DNA of 64,000 bases. Source: Dehalococcoidia bacterium. Lineage in GTDB: Bacteria; Chloroflexota; Dehalococcoidia; UBA2979. Made by a program: the position numbers and the translations under genes. Location of the stretch: contig JAWKPM010000006.1 in NCBI GenBank assembly GCA_041390625.1, forward strand, positions 69,131 through 133,130, written 5' to 3'. The notes beneath the pieces are model-generated. The model had not been told where the DNA came from. It searched no databases and saw only the letters and a list, made by a program, of their open reading frames with translations. Of the stretch, positions 54,711 to 63,718 are shown piece after piece (position 1 is the first letter of the stretch; the number at the start of each line of letters is the position of its first letter).

Positions 54711-55568
54711 TCAGGCGGGGAGCGCGTGCTCGAGGAAGACGGAGACCCGCTCGAAGATGCCCTCGGCGCCACCGCTCGAGGCGAGGGCGCCGCTGATCGC
54801 GGGCGCGAGCCAGTCGTCGGGTGGATCCTCGCGCTCGGTGCTCTCGATGCCGTTCGACATGCCGTAGCTGCGGGCGAATTCGCGGGCTCGGATGACCTGT
54901 GCGGCGAGGGAGCGCGGGTCGGGGACGTCCGCGAGCGAGCGATGGTGGAGGCGGACCGCCTCGATGAGCGGCGGGGGGAAGTTCCACATCTCGGCGAGGA
55001 CGGCGCCGAGATCGGCGTCGGTGTAGCCGAGGACGGCCGATTCGGCCTCGTGGATCGAGATGTGCTGGTGCGTGGCGAGCCGGACGATGGCGCGCAGCAG
55101 CTCGGGTTCGTGCTGGTCGAGGGCGAGCCGGCCGATCTGGTGGACGACGCCAGCGGTGAAGGCCTCGCCCTGGTTGATGTGGTCGGCGCGCGCCAGCACC
55201 TCGGCGAGCATGCCGGTGGCGACGGAGAAGAACCAGAAGTCGCGCCGGTTGAGCACGGTCGTCTCGTTCATCGCATCGATGACGCTCGAGGCGATGGTGG
55301 TGGCGCGGACCTCGCGGAAGCCGAGGAGCACCACGGCGTCTCGCACCGTCGAGATGCGGCGGGGGAAGCCGTAGTAGGCGGAGTTCGCCAGGCGCAGCAG
55401 CTTGGTCGTGAGCACCTGATCGGAGGCGATGACGCGCGCGAGCTCGTGGGCCGAGAACTGATCGCCCTCGGTGAGCTGGAGCGTGCGCGCGGCGACGGCC
55501 CCGATCGGGCGCAGCTCTGCGACTCGCTGTGCGAGCTCGCGAACCGTCGGCGCAGACTCGTGCGGCAC
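54711..55568 (-). CDS. HDOD-domain signalling protein
   Basis: GTG start with GGAG 6 nt upstream. HDOD pattern LLRLANSAYYG...HDLGAV-like. Confidence 0.7.
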   Translation of the reverse strand: MPHESAPTVRELAQRVAELRPIGAVAARTLQLTEGDQFSAHELARVIASDQVLTTKLLRLANSAYYGFPRRISTVRDAVVLLGFREVRATTIASSVIDAMNETTVLNRRDFWFFSVATGMLAEVLARADHINQGEAFTAGVVHQIGRLALDQHEPELLRAIVRLATHQHISIHEAESAVLGYTDADLGAVLAEMWNFPPPLIEAVRLHHRSLADVPDPRSLAAQVIRAREFARSYGMSNGIESTEREDPPDDWLAPAISGALASSGGAEGIFERVSVFLEHALPA

Positions 55569-55653
55569 GATGCACTCCTGACTCGTCCCACCAGCATGGG
55601 TGGAACCTGACAGGACTTCATCGGGGAAACGCCCTACTCGGCTAGCCGCTGCG

Positions 55654-56646
55654 CTACGGGAAGCGGTCCGGGTACATCGCTCGCGCCATCGCCTCGATGG
55701 CCTCGGCGAGGCGGGGGCCAGGCCGGTTCGAGGTGTCGGGGTCGACGGCGAAGACGCGGCCATCGACGACGGCGGTCACGGCGTCCCAGCCGGGTCTCGC
55801 CCGCAGCGATTCCAGGCTCTCGCCGAAGTCGGCGTCGGCGAGGAAGACGACCTCGGGATCGGCATCGATCACGGCCTCGGCGGTGAGCTGGGGGAACTGC
55901 GTCGTCGCGCCTTCGGCGACGTTCTGGCCCTTGAGCGCCTCGATCAGCCCGCCCACGAACGAGTCGGGCGCGACGCTGTAGAGGTCGGCCGAGATCTCGA
56001 AGTAGACGCGCGGGCCGGCATCGACCTCGGCGAGCGCGCCCGTCACGGCATCGACGCGCGCGTGCATGTCATCGAGGACCGCCTGTGCGCCGTCCTCGTG
56101 GCCGGTCACGCGGCCGAGGAATTCGATCTGGTCGTAGACCTCGTCGAGCGAGTCGGCGGAGCCGAGGTAGACGACGGGCAGGCCGGCGTTGCGGAAGACC
56201 TCGACCTGCTCGTCCTGGCGTGAGGTGAGGAGCACGAGGTCGGGCTCGAACGAGAGCGCGGCCTCGGGATCGGGGTCGGAGTACTCGACCCCCTGCAGGC
56301 TGGCGGCCTGCGGCGGGTAGTCGGAGAAGCGGTCGACGGCGACGACCTGCTCGCCGGCGCCGATGGCGAAGAGGATCTCGGTGCCACCGGGGGAGTAGGA
56401 GATGATCGCGTCCGGCTGGGCGGGGATCTCGACCTCGGTGCCGCCGTAGTCGACGACGGTGAGCGGGAACGAGCTCGCCTCGGCGGTCGCCGACGCGGCC
56501 TCAGTGGAGGTCGCGGCCTCGGACGTCGATGTTGCGGTCGGTTCGTCGTCGTCGCTGCAGGCCACCAGGGCGAACGCGAGCAAGGCGCCGACGCCGAGCA
56601 CGAGTGTGCGCCAGAGGCGCGGGCGGGGCAGGGAATCGAATCTCAT
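55654..56646 (-). CDS. Second class-III ABC substrate-binding lipoprotein
   Basis: ATG with GGAGG upstream. Lipobox LVAC-S. Ser/Thr/Ala-rich linker. BtuF-like fold. No adjacent permease of its own. Confidence 0.75.
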   Translation of the reverse strand: MRFDSLPRPRLWRTLVLGVGALLAFALVACSDDDEPTATSTSEAATSTEAASATAEASSFPLTVVDYGGTEVEIPAQPDAIISYSPGGTEILFAIGAGEQVVAVDRFSDYPPQAASLQGVEYSDPDPEAALSFEPDLVLLTSRQDEQVEVFRNAGLPVVYLGSADSLDEVYDQIEFLGRVTGHEDGAQAVLDDMHARVDAVTGALAEVDAGPRVYFEISADLYSVAPDSFVGGLIEALKGQNVAEGATTQFPQLTAEAVIDADPEVVFLADADFGESLESLRARPGWDAVTAVVDGRVFAVDPDTSNRPGPRLAEAIEAMARAMYPDRFP

Positions 56647-56904
56647 CGCTTCGACCTCCACATGCGGCAGAGGTCGATGCACACGAGCCCGGCGCGAGGG
56701 AGGGTGCGCCGAACCTCGTGCCGTCGCCTCGTCCTCGAAGGCTAGACACGGCGCAGGTCGGCGACCTGGCTTGCCGCCTCGGTGTCCGGGGACGCCGGGC
56801 GGATCACAGTTGCGGGACAGCGCCGGCATCTCACCGGCTTCCCCGAGCACTGCGCCGGGAGGGAGCCTAGCACCGCGCGGGACGTCCGGCGAGACGGGCG
56901 AGCG

Positions 56905-57675
56905 TCAGCCGCTCGGTGCGATTGTTGGGGGTGGTGGTGCCTCGGCAGTGGCTGCCTGGAGGACGATCACCCCGGCGAGGCCCATCGCGCTCACGAGCGA
57001 GAGCACGAGGACCTCGGGGGTGAGGCCGGGCCAGCCGGCGACCGACATCGGTGTGAGGCCGAGGCGCAGACCGGCGACCGCGAGGACGGCGAACAGCCCG
57101 GGGACGCCGGGCCGCCAGTGTGGCCACGAGGCGAGCAGCAGCCCGAGCCCCAGCAGCATGAGCGCGGCCTCGACGAGCGGCGTGGCGAGGCGGGTGTCGG
57201 CGAAGCCGGACATCGTAAAGCCGAGCGGCGCCGGCGCCTGTGCGCCGTAGCAGGCGTCGCGGAGCGGGCAGGCGAGGTCGTAGGTCGTGACGGCGAGGGC
57301 CAGGCCGAGGCCCCAGGCGGAGAGCCACGCGCCACTGGCCGAGCGGACATCGTCGTTGTCGCCCGGACCTCGATACATCATCCATGTGGCGACGGCGGCG
57401 GCTGCGAGTGCGCCGGCGATCGGTGCGATGCCGCCCTGGACGCGGATGGCCACGAGGGGGTCGAGGAGGGAGCCCGACGCCTCGTCGAGGAGGTAGGCAG
57501 CACGGCCGACGACGACGAAGGCGATGCCGGCGTTCCAGAACAGGTCGGCGACGCGCCGGCGCTCGAGGCCGACGAGGAGCGCGACGCGCGGCGCCGCGAC
57601 GGTCAGCGCGAGCGCCACGAGGAGCAGCGAAAAGATCTCGCCACGGGGATGCACGAAGTCGAGGGCGGCGCTCAT
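56905..57675 (-). CDS. Integral membrane protein, hypothetical. Translationally coupled to the TlpA-like gene.
   Basis: 256 aa with about 7 TM segments. The ATG overlaps the TlpA stop (ATGA). Confidence 0.5.
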   Translation of the reverse strand: MSAALDFVHPRGEIFSLLLVALALTVAAPRVALLVGLERRRVADLFWNAGIAFVVVGRAAYLLDEASGSLLDPLVAIRVQGGIAPIAGALAAAAVATWMMYRGPGDNDDVRSASGAWLSAWGLGLALAVTTYDLACPLRDACYGAQAPAPLGFTMSGFADTRLATPLVEAALMLLGLGLLLASWPHWRPGVPGLFAVLAVAGLRLGLTPMSVAGWPGLTPEVLVLSLVSAMGLAGVIVLQAATAEAPPPPTIAPSG

Positions 57676-58277
57676 CGCGAGGCCTGCGCGGCCGACTCAC
57701 TGCGACTGAGCGCGTCCTCGATGAGAGCTGTCAGACGACTCTCAGAAATCGGTCCAAAGTGCGTCGCAATCACGTTGCCGGAGGCGTCGAGCACGAAGGT
57801 CATCGGGAGGCCGCGGACGCCGAAGTCACGGCCGAACGAACCGTCATCGAAGGCGGCCGTGAAGGTGAGGTCGAACTCCTCGAGGAAGCGCGTCGCGTCC
57901 TCGCGCCGGTCGTTGTGGGCGACGCCGAGGAAGGCCACGCGCGTGGGGTCGGTGTCCTCGTAGGCGCGACGGAGGACCGGCGCCTCCTCGCGGCAGGGCG
58001 CGCACCACGACGCGAAGGCGTTGATCACCGCCACGCGCCCCTCGAATTCGGCGCTCGTGATTCTGCCATCGCCGTTCAGGGCCTCGAGATCGAACGGCGG
58101 CGCCGGGCTTCCGGCGATGGAGGGCGGGGGCTGCGTGGCGAGCAGGCCCAGCCAGCCAAGCGCCAGGAGGACGAGCCCAGCGAGCGCGAAGAAGCCCCGA
58201 CTCCACCGCCGGCGCATGGCCTCGGTGGTGTTGCGGGCCTCGATGGGGGTGGGAGCTTCGAACGTCGCGTCGGCCAT
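57672..58277 (-). CDS. TlpA/ResA-family thiol:disulfide oxidoreductase, membrane-anchored thioredoxin
   Basis: WCAPC active site. N-terminal signal anchor. ATG 58214 is an alternative start. Confidence 0.8.
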   Translation of the reverse strand: MADATFEAPTPIEARNTTEAMRRRWSRGFFALAGLVLLALGWLGLLATQPPPSIAGSPAPPFDLEALNGDGRITSAEFEGRVAVINAFASWCAPCREEAPVLRRAYEDTDPTRVAFLGVAHNDRREDATRFLEEFDLTFTAAFDDGSFGRDFGVRGLPMTFVLDASGNVIATHFGPISESRLTALIEDALSRSESAAQASR

Positions 58278-58523
58278 TGCGGTCGATCGTACCGTGCGCT
58301 GGAGTGGCGCGTGAGTGTGCCTCGATACGGACGTGAGACGTCGGGAGAGCCGCACAGCAGTTCGGATCGAAATGGAACTGATACGCGGTGTTGATTGCGA
58401 AGCTGACGAATCGCTAGCGCTCAACCAAGGGGGTGACTATCGTACGCGACGAACGAGCCGTTGAAGCGGCGCACGATCGCTCCACTCCGCGTCGGGTGTC
58501 CGGGAAAGTGAGTCGTCCGCAGT

Positions 58524-58781
58524 ATGCCGAAGTTCACGAAGATGAACCCGGGTGAGGTTGTCGTGGGTCGCGGTCGCGCCGCCCAGGAGGCGCGCAAGCC
58601 CTTCATCGAGGCGTTGAAGTCCTCGGAAGCCGGCCGCATCGAGCTCGAGCGTGGCGAGAAGCCCGCGACCGTGAAGCGGCTGCTGCAGGACTCCGCGAAG
58701 GAAGTCGGCGTGCGCATTCGCTCGTCGTGGAGCGACAACCAGCAGCGCGTGCTGTTGTGGAAGAAGGTCGGCGCGCGCTAG
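58524..58781 (+). CDS. Small hypothetical protein, 85 aa
   Basis: Clean ORF with host-like codon usage after an AT-richer ~240-bp intergenic region. No motif recognised. Confidence 0.45.
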   Translation: MPKFTKMNPGEVVVGRGRAAQEARKPFIEALKSSEAGRIELERGEKPATVKRLLQDSAKEVGVRIRSSWSDNQQRVLLWKKVGAR

Positions 58782-58815
58782 CGCCGGCCTTCGAGGCATC
58801 GCCTCGGGGCCTGTC

Positions 58816-59979
58816 CTAGAAGAACGGCATTCCCGGGTCGAGCCCGAGCTCGGCCCGCCCCGCCGCCTCGTAGGTGAGCGGTCCGATCATCACGTGCGCC
58901 GCGGCCGTGTGGATGTCACGGAAGCGGCGCTCGAGCGGGCTGCCGCGCCCGACGGCGCTCGTGCCCAGCGCACTTTGCAGTAGATCGACGGCCTGCACGC
59001 CGGCGCGAGCGGCGTGACTCGTCGCGAGGCGCGTCCTCGCGCGGAGGAGCGTGGTGTCGGCCCCGGCGGCCACGGTCGCGCGCCAGAGCGCATCGGACGT
59101 GGCGTACAGCCAGTGTCGCGCGGACTCGATGAGCGCCGTCGCCTCGGCGATCGCCGTCTGCAGGCGGGGGACATCACGCAGCGGTGCGTCGCCGTAGCCG
59201 CGACGGTTCACAAGGATCGCGCGAGCGGCCTCGAGGGCGCCGCGCGCGACGCCGAGGGCGTGGCTTCCGTGCGTCACGAAGATGAGTGGGTCGGCGCGGT
59301 ACAGCGCCCACGGGTGCTGCGGTTCCGTGCGGAGCATCTGGAAGCCGTGCGACGCGGGGACGAATGACGCCTCGATGGTGAAGTCGTGGCTCGCGGTACC
59401 GCCGAGGCCGAGCGCGTCCCACGTCTCGTGGATCACGACCTCGTCGCGCGGCACGAAGACCATGCGGGTCTCTTCCTCGTCGCCACGCATGCGCGGCCTG
59501 TCGCCGTCGTAGACAACGCACTCGCCCGCGAACCACGTCGCGTGCGTGCTCCCACTCGCGAACGGCCAGTGGCCGGAGACGTTCCAGCCGTCCTCGGGTT
59601 CCGAGGTGACGACGGCGCGGCCGATGGGTCGGGCGACGCCCGCGGCGATGCCGCCGTCGCCCCAGACCTCGCGGGCGGCGGTCTCGGGGAGGTAGCCCGC
59701 GAAGCTGGCGGACTGGGCGGCAAGCATCACGCACCACCCGGTCGACCCGTCGGCCAGCGCGACCTCCTCGATGGCGCGACAGGCGTCGACGGGGTTCGTC
59801 TCGAGGCCGCCGAGGGAGCGCGGGAGCATCATGTGGAAGAGGTGCTCACGTTGCAGAGCGTCGACGACCTCCTCGGTGAGGCGGCCGCTCGCCTCGATCT
59901 CGCTCGATGCGGCCTCGATGAGCGGTCGCAGGCGGCGTGCCGCCTCGACCTCGGGGGGCGTCGTCTCGAGAGCGCTCAC
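58816..59979 (-). CDS. Acyl-CoA dehydrogenase-fold flavin-dependent oxidoreductase
   Basis: 387 aa from GTG 59979. ACAD-like middle and C-terminal domains. The longer track ORF (to 60318) is an upstream extension. Confidence 0.75.
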   Translation of the reverse strand: MSALETTPPEVEAARRLRPLIEAASSEIEASGRLTEEVVDALQREHLFHMMLPRSLGGLETNPVDACRAIEEVALADGSTGWCVMLAAQSASFAGYLPETAAREVWGDGGIAAGVARPIGRAVVTSEPEDGWNVSGHWPFASGSTHATWFAGECVVYDGDRPRMRGDEEETRMVFVPRDEVVIHETWDALGLGGTASHDFTIEASFVPASHGFQMLRTEPQHPWALYRADPLIFVTHGSHALGVARGALEAARAILVNRRGYGDAPLRDVPRLQTAIAEATALIESARHWLYATSDALWRATVAAGADTTLLRARTRLATSHAARAGVQAVDLLQSALGTSAVGRGSPLERRFRDIHTAAAHVMIGPLTYEAAGRAELGLDPGMPFF

Positions 59980-59987
59980 GGCGCTGC

Positions 59988-60668
59988 CTAGAACTCGGAC
60001 GCGGGCAGCTGGGCCTGGAACTGCGCCAGGTCGAGGCGGGCGCGGAACGCCTCGACGTCGAGGCCCATGATCTGGAGGTCGTGGAGGGCGTCGTCGCGGT
60101 CGATCACCTGACCTCGGAGCACCGCCTCGCGGACGAAGCCCATGCGCTCGAAGGCGCGGATGGCGGCCTCCTGGTCGGTCGTCATGCGGGCGATCATCTT
60201 GCGGACGCCGCGCTCCTGGGCGATGGCGAACGCCTGCTCGGTCAGGAGCTGACCGAGACCGACGCCGCGCAGGCTGGGCGAAACGAGCACTCGGATCTCC
60301 GCCATGTGGCGCGCCCACGTCATCGGGTCCGACGCCACAGTGGTGTAGCCGACGATCTCGGCGCCGCGGACGACGACCACCGTGACGTAGCGACTTGCCG
60401 CTACGTCCTCGATCCAGGCGTCGACCTGGTCGGGCTGGGTGATGTCGCGGCGCAGGAAGAGGAGGTCATGCTCGGGCAGCGCGCGGGCGAAGGTCAGCAT
60501 CGCCTCGCGGTCGCCGGCCTCGAGCAGGCGGAGCGTCAGCTCCTCGCCTCGGAGAGTGACGGTCGCGGGGTAGTCGAGCCGCACGGCACGCCGCTGCGAC
60601 TCGGCCTGGCGCCCGAGGTCCTGGGCCGGCCCCCCGAGGATGCGGCCCAGCGTCTGTAGCAGTCCCAT
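59988..60668 (-). CDS. GNAT-family N-acetyltransferase
   Basis: ATG 60668 with GAAGGAGG 5 nt upstream. LRGVGLGQLLTEQA motif A. Confidence 0.75.
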   Translation of the reverse strand: MGLLQTLGRILGGPAQDLGRQAESQRRAVRLDYPATVTLRGEELTLRLLEAGDREAMLTFARALPEHDLLFLRRDITQPDQVDAWIEDVAASRYVTVVVVRGAEIVGYTTVASDPMTWARHMAEIRVLVSPSLRGVGLGQLLTEQAFAIAQERGVRKMIARMTTDQEAAIRAFERMGFVREAVLRGQVIDRDDALHDLQIMGLDVEAFRARLDLAQFQAQLPASEF

Positions 60669-60712
60669 CGCGACCTCCTTCGCCCCCCGACCGCGAGCGT
60701 AGGGACTTGAGC

Positions 60713-60734
60713 GCTCGTGTGCGCGCTCACGAGC
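60713..60734. promoter_or_regulatory. Palindrome in a divergent promoter region
   Basis: gctcgtg-tgcgcgct-cacgagc (7-bp arms) between the divergently transcribed GNAT and CoA-transferase genes. Confidence 0.25.
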
Positions 60735-60801
60735 ACGAGCCGACCGAACCGGCGCGACGCGCGGTCGCGGATATGATGCGGCGGCGAGCGAGGAGGAACG
60801 A

Positions 60802-61980
60802 ATGGCCTCAGCCTTCGAGGGCGTGCGCGTCCTCGACTTCACGCGCTACCAGCAGGGGCCGTTCGCCGGCGTGCTGCTCGCCGACATGGGCGCCGAGGTG
60901 GTGAAGGTCGAGGAGCCGGGTGGCGAGCCGGGGCGCGCGAACGGCCTCGATGCCAGCGGGTTCTCGGCGTACTTCGAGGCGCACAACCGCGGCAAGCGGA
61001 GCATGGTCCTCGATCTGCGTGTGGCCGAGTCGCGGGACGCCATTCGGCGCCTCGTGCCGGGCTTCGACGTCGTGATCGAGAACTTCCGGCCGGGCGTGAT
61101 GGAGCGCTGGGGCCTCGGGTACGACGACCTGCGGGCGCTACGGCCGGACATCATCCTCGCCTCGGGGTCGGCATGGGGCCGCGAGGGACCCTGGGCGCAG
61201 CGGCCGGGCTACGACCACGTCGCGCAGGCGCTGAGCGGCGTGATGGTGGAGCAGGGCGGCGGACCGGAGCACGAGCCGCACGCGCTCATCGGCGGGTTCG
61301 CGGACCAGATCGGCGCGATGCTCCTCGCATACGGCGTCTCGAGCGCGCTCTTCGTGCGAGAGCGGAGCGGCCGGGGCCAGCACGTCGACGTCGCGTTGAT
61401 AGGCGCGATGATGGCGCTGCAGGCGATGCCGGTGACGCGCTACCTGCGGACGGGGAACCAGCCGGGCTTCGAGTTCCGGCGCGCGGCGACGTACACGCAC
61501 TACCGCGCCTCGGATGGGCGCTACGTCGCGATCGCCGCGAACACGCAGGCGATGTGGGAGCGCTGCGCCGAGGCGATGGGGCACCCCGAGTGGCGCGAGG
61601 ACCATCGGTTCGTCGGGCCGTTCGAGCGGGCGGAGCACAAGCTCGCCCTCGTCGATGCGTTCGAGCGGGCCTTCCTCGAGCGGCCCTCGGCGGAGTGGCT
61701 CGAGCGGCTGACGGCGCACGACGTGCCGAACGCGCCGGTGCTCGACTACGCCGGGGTGGCGGCGCACGAGCAGTACTGGGCGAACGGCTACCTGCAGGAG
61801 ATCGAGTCGCCGAACCTCGGGCCGATGCGCGTGCCGGGGCCGCCCGTGCGCATGAGCGCGACGCCGCCTCGAATCCAGGGGGCGGGGCCGGAGCTCGGGC
61901 AGGACACGGAGGCCGTGCTCCTCGATGGCGGCTTCACGTGGCCAGAGATCGAGGCGCTGCGGGAGGCCGGGGGGTTCTGA
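60802..61980 (+). CDS. CoA-transferase family III (CaiB/BaiF) protein
   Basis: GVRVLDFTRYQQGPFAGVLLADMGAEVVKVE N-terminal signature. Conserved Asp region. 392 aa. Confidence 0.9.
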   Translation: MASAFEGVRVLDFTRYQQGPFAGVLLADMGAEVVKVEEPGGEPGRANGLDASGFSAYFEAHNRGKRSMVLDLRVAESRDAIRRLVPGFDVVIENFRPGVMERWGLGYDDLRALRPDIILASGSAWGREGPWAQRPGYDHVAQALSGVMVEQGGGPEHEPHALIGGFADQIGAMLLAYGVSSALFVRERSGRGQHVDVALIGAMMALQAMPVTRYLRTGNQPGFEFRRAATYTHYRASDGRYVAIAANTQAMWERCAEAMGHPEWREDHRFVGPFERAEHKLALVDAFERAFLERPSAEWLERLTAHDVPNAPVLDYAGVAAHEQYWANGYLQEIESPNLGPMRVPGPPVRMSATPPRIQGAGPELGQDTEAVLLDGGFTWPEIEALREAGGF

Positions 61981-62098
61981 GTCCCGGCTTGCCTCCCCAC
62001 ATCGGCGTCCGGTTGGCGTAGAATCCCGCTCCCATTGGAGTGCGACCATCGCTCGTAGCGGAGCGTCTTCCATCACCAGCCAGCTGAGGAACGACCAC

Positions 62099-62272
62099 GT
62101 GGCCAACGTGCTGGAGGCGGCGATTCGCTACATCGCCGAGGAGCGGGCGTACACGCTCGAATCCCAGCAGGCGAACGACGAGCTCGTGATCACGCTGCGG
62201 CTCGCGGAACCGGCCTCGTACCACGCGACCCTCGAGCAGGTGACCGCGGAGCGACCGCCTCGCGTGGACTGA
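62099..62272 (+). CDS. Small ORF, 57 aa, hypothetical
   Basis: GTG start with GAGGAA 8 nt upstream. Translation VANVLEAAIRYIAEERAYTLESQQANDELVITLRLAEPASYHATLEQVTAERPPRVD. Upstream of the ubiE/menG-like gene. Confidence 0.3.
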   Translation: MANVLEAAIRYIAEERAYTLESQQANDELVITLRLAEPASYHATLEQVTAERPPRVD

Positions 62273-62318
62273 TCTCACTCGTGCGGCGCACTTCGGTGCC
62301 CTGCCCTACCCTCGACGC

Positions 62319-63062
62319 GTGACGCACCAGCCGGACACCGAGGCTCCCGAGCGGCTCTTCGAGGGCGACGTCGACCGCGCGCCCTACGTGCGCTCGATGT
62401 TCGGCGACATCGCCGGGCGCTACGACCTGATGAACACGGTGATGACCGGCGGGCGCCACCACGCGTGGCGACGCGCTGCGGCCGAGGCGCTGGTCCGGCC
62501 GGGCGATCGCGTCGTCGATGTGGGCTGTGGGACCGGGGACCTCTCCTTCGCGTGCCTCGAGGCGGGGGCGGGGTCGGTCCTCGGGCTCGACTTCGCGGCG
62601 CCGATGCTCGACCACGCGCGTCGGAAGGCCGCCGACCGCGGGCTGCGGGCGACGTTCGGCCTCGGCGACGCGACGCGGCTGCCGCTGGCCGACGCCTCGG
62701 TGGACGCGTGGTGCTCGGCCTTCGTCGTCCGCAACATCCCGGACCTCGATGCCGCGCTGTCCGAGGCGTGGCGGGTGCTGCGGCCGGGCGGGCGCCTCGC
62801 GGTCCTCGAGATCCCGAAGCTCGAGCCGAGCGTGCTGCGGCCGGCGATCCGGCTGCACTTCGCACGGGTGGTGCCGCTGGTGGGGCGCGTGATCTCGGGC
62901 CACGACAGCGCGTACCGCTACCTGCCGGTGTCGGTGGACCACTTCCTCACGCCGAGCGAGTTCACCTCGCGGTTGCGAGGCGCCGGGTTCGAGGTGCGGT
63001 CGGTGCGGCGGATGATGCTCGGGACGATCGCGCTCCACGTGGCGGAGCGACCGGCCTCGTAG
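62319..63062 (+). CDS. Demethylmenaquinone/ubiquinone C-methyltransferase (UbiE/MenG family)
   Basis: SAM motif I VVDVGCGTG, post-I LGLDF, and a UbiE-like N-terminus YDLMNTVMTGGRHHAWRR. Confidence 0.85.
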   Translation: MTHQPDTEAPERLFEGDVDRAPYVRSMFGDIAGRYDLMNTVMTGGRHHAWRRAAAEALVRPGDRVVDVGCGTGDLSFACLEAGAGSVLGLDFAAPMLDHARRKAADRGLRATFGLGDATRLPLADASVDAWCSAFVVRNIPDLDAALSEAWRVLRPGGRLAVLEIPKLEPSVLRPAIRLHFARVVPLVGRVISGHDSAYRYLPVSVDHFLTPSEFTSRLRGAGFEVRSVRRMMLGTIALHVAERPAS

Positions 63063-63090
63063 GCCGACTCCCAGTCGACGGAGCGAGGTC

Positions 63091-63166
63091 GGCCCTTCGG
63101 GCCGGCGAGCCCACCCGCCCACCCCTTCTCAAGCGAGGGGCTTCGCCCCTCGCGCTCCCCTCCGGA
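63091..63166. repeat. Intergenic palindromic repeat element, copy E
   Basis: ggcccttcgggccggcgagcccacccgcccaccccttctcaagcgaggggcttcgcccctcgcgctcccc, between convergent gene ends. Confidence 0.6.
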
Positions 63167-63265
63167 TCGCGTCGGACTGACGCAGGTCGGTGCGTACCGC
63201 CGCTAAGACGGACCCAGAGGTTGGAGACCTCGGCGGTACTCCTGTGCCCGGGCACGTGCCTCGAA

Positions 63266-63718
63266 TCAGCGTGTCGAGGTGGGTGGAAGGGGCGGGTCGA
63301 AGGGCTCGCGGGGGACGTCCTGGCCCTCGTTGATCATGTGGTGGGCGAGGGGGCCGAGCCGCTGGAAGACCTCGACGGTGACGGCGGGGTCGACCTCGCA
63401 CGCCTCGAAGGCGGCGCGCATGTGGTGGAGCCACCGCCCGGCCTCGCGCGGACCGATCTCGAAGGGGAAGTGGCGGCGGCGGAGCATCGGGTGGCCTCGG
63501 GAGGTCGAGTAGCGCGGCGGGCCGCCGAGCCACTCCTCGAGGAAGGCCTTCTGCCGCTCGCGCCCCTCGGTCAGGTCCTCGGGGAAGAGCGGGCGCAGCA
63601 GCGGGTCGGCCTCCACGCCGTCGTAGAAGGTGTCGACGATGCGCTCGACGACCTCGCGGCCGCCGATGCGCTCGAAGGGGGTGCCACGAGGGCGACCGGG
63701 GAGATCCACGGGCATCAT
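63266..63718 (-). CDS. Group II truncated haemoglobin (HbO-like)
   Basis: 150 aa. FYDGVEADPLLRPLFP...QKAFLEEWLGGPPRY...GHPMLRRRHFPF matches the trHb 2/2 fold signature. Confidence 0.8.
   Translation of the reverse strand: MMPVDLPGRPRGTPFERIGGREVVERIVDTFYDGVEADPLLRPLFPEDLTEGRERQKAFLEEWLGGPPRYSTSRGHPMLRRRHFPFEIGPREAGRWLHHMRAAFEACEVDPAVTVEVFQRLGPLAHHMINEGQDVPREPFDPPLPPTSTR

Noticed and set aside
56905-56960. Possible cobalamin riboswitch B12-box (GCCACTG on the minus strand at about 56947-56953) upstream of the second binding-protein gene
   Set aside because: The 7-mer lies inside the C-terminal coding region of the membrane-protein gene, about 300 nt from the SBP start. No other conserved riboswitch segments were recognisable by eye. 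Needs cmscan.
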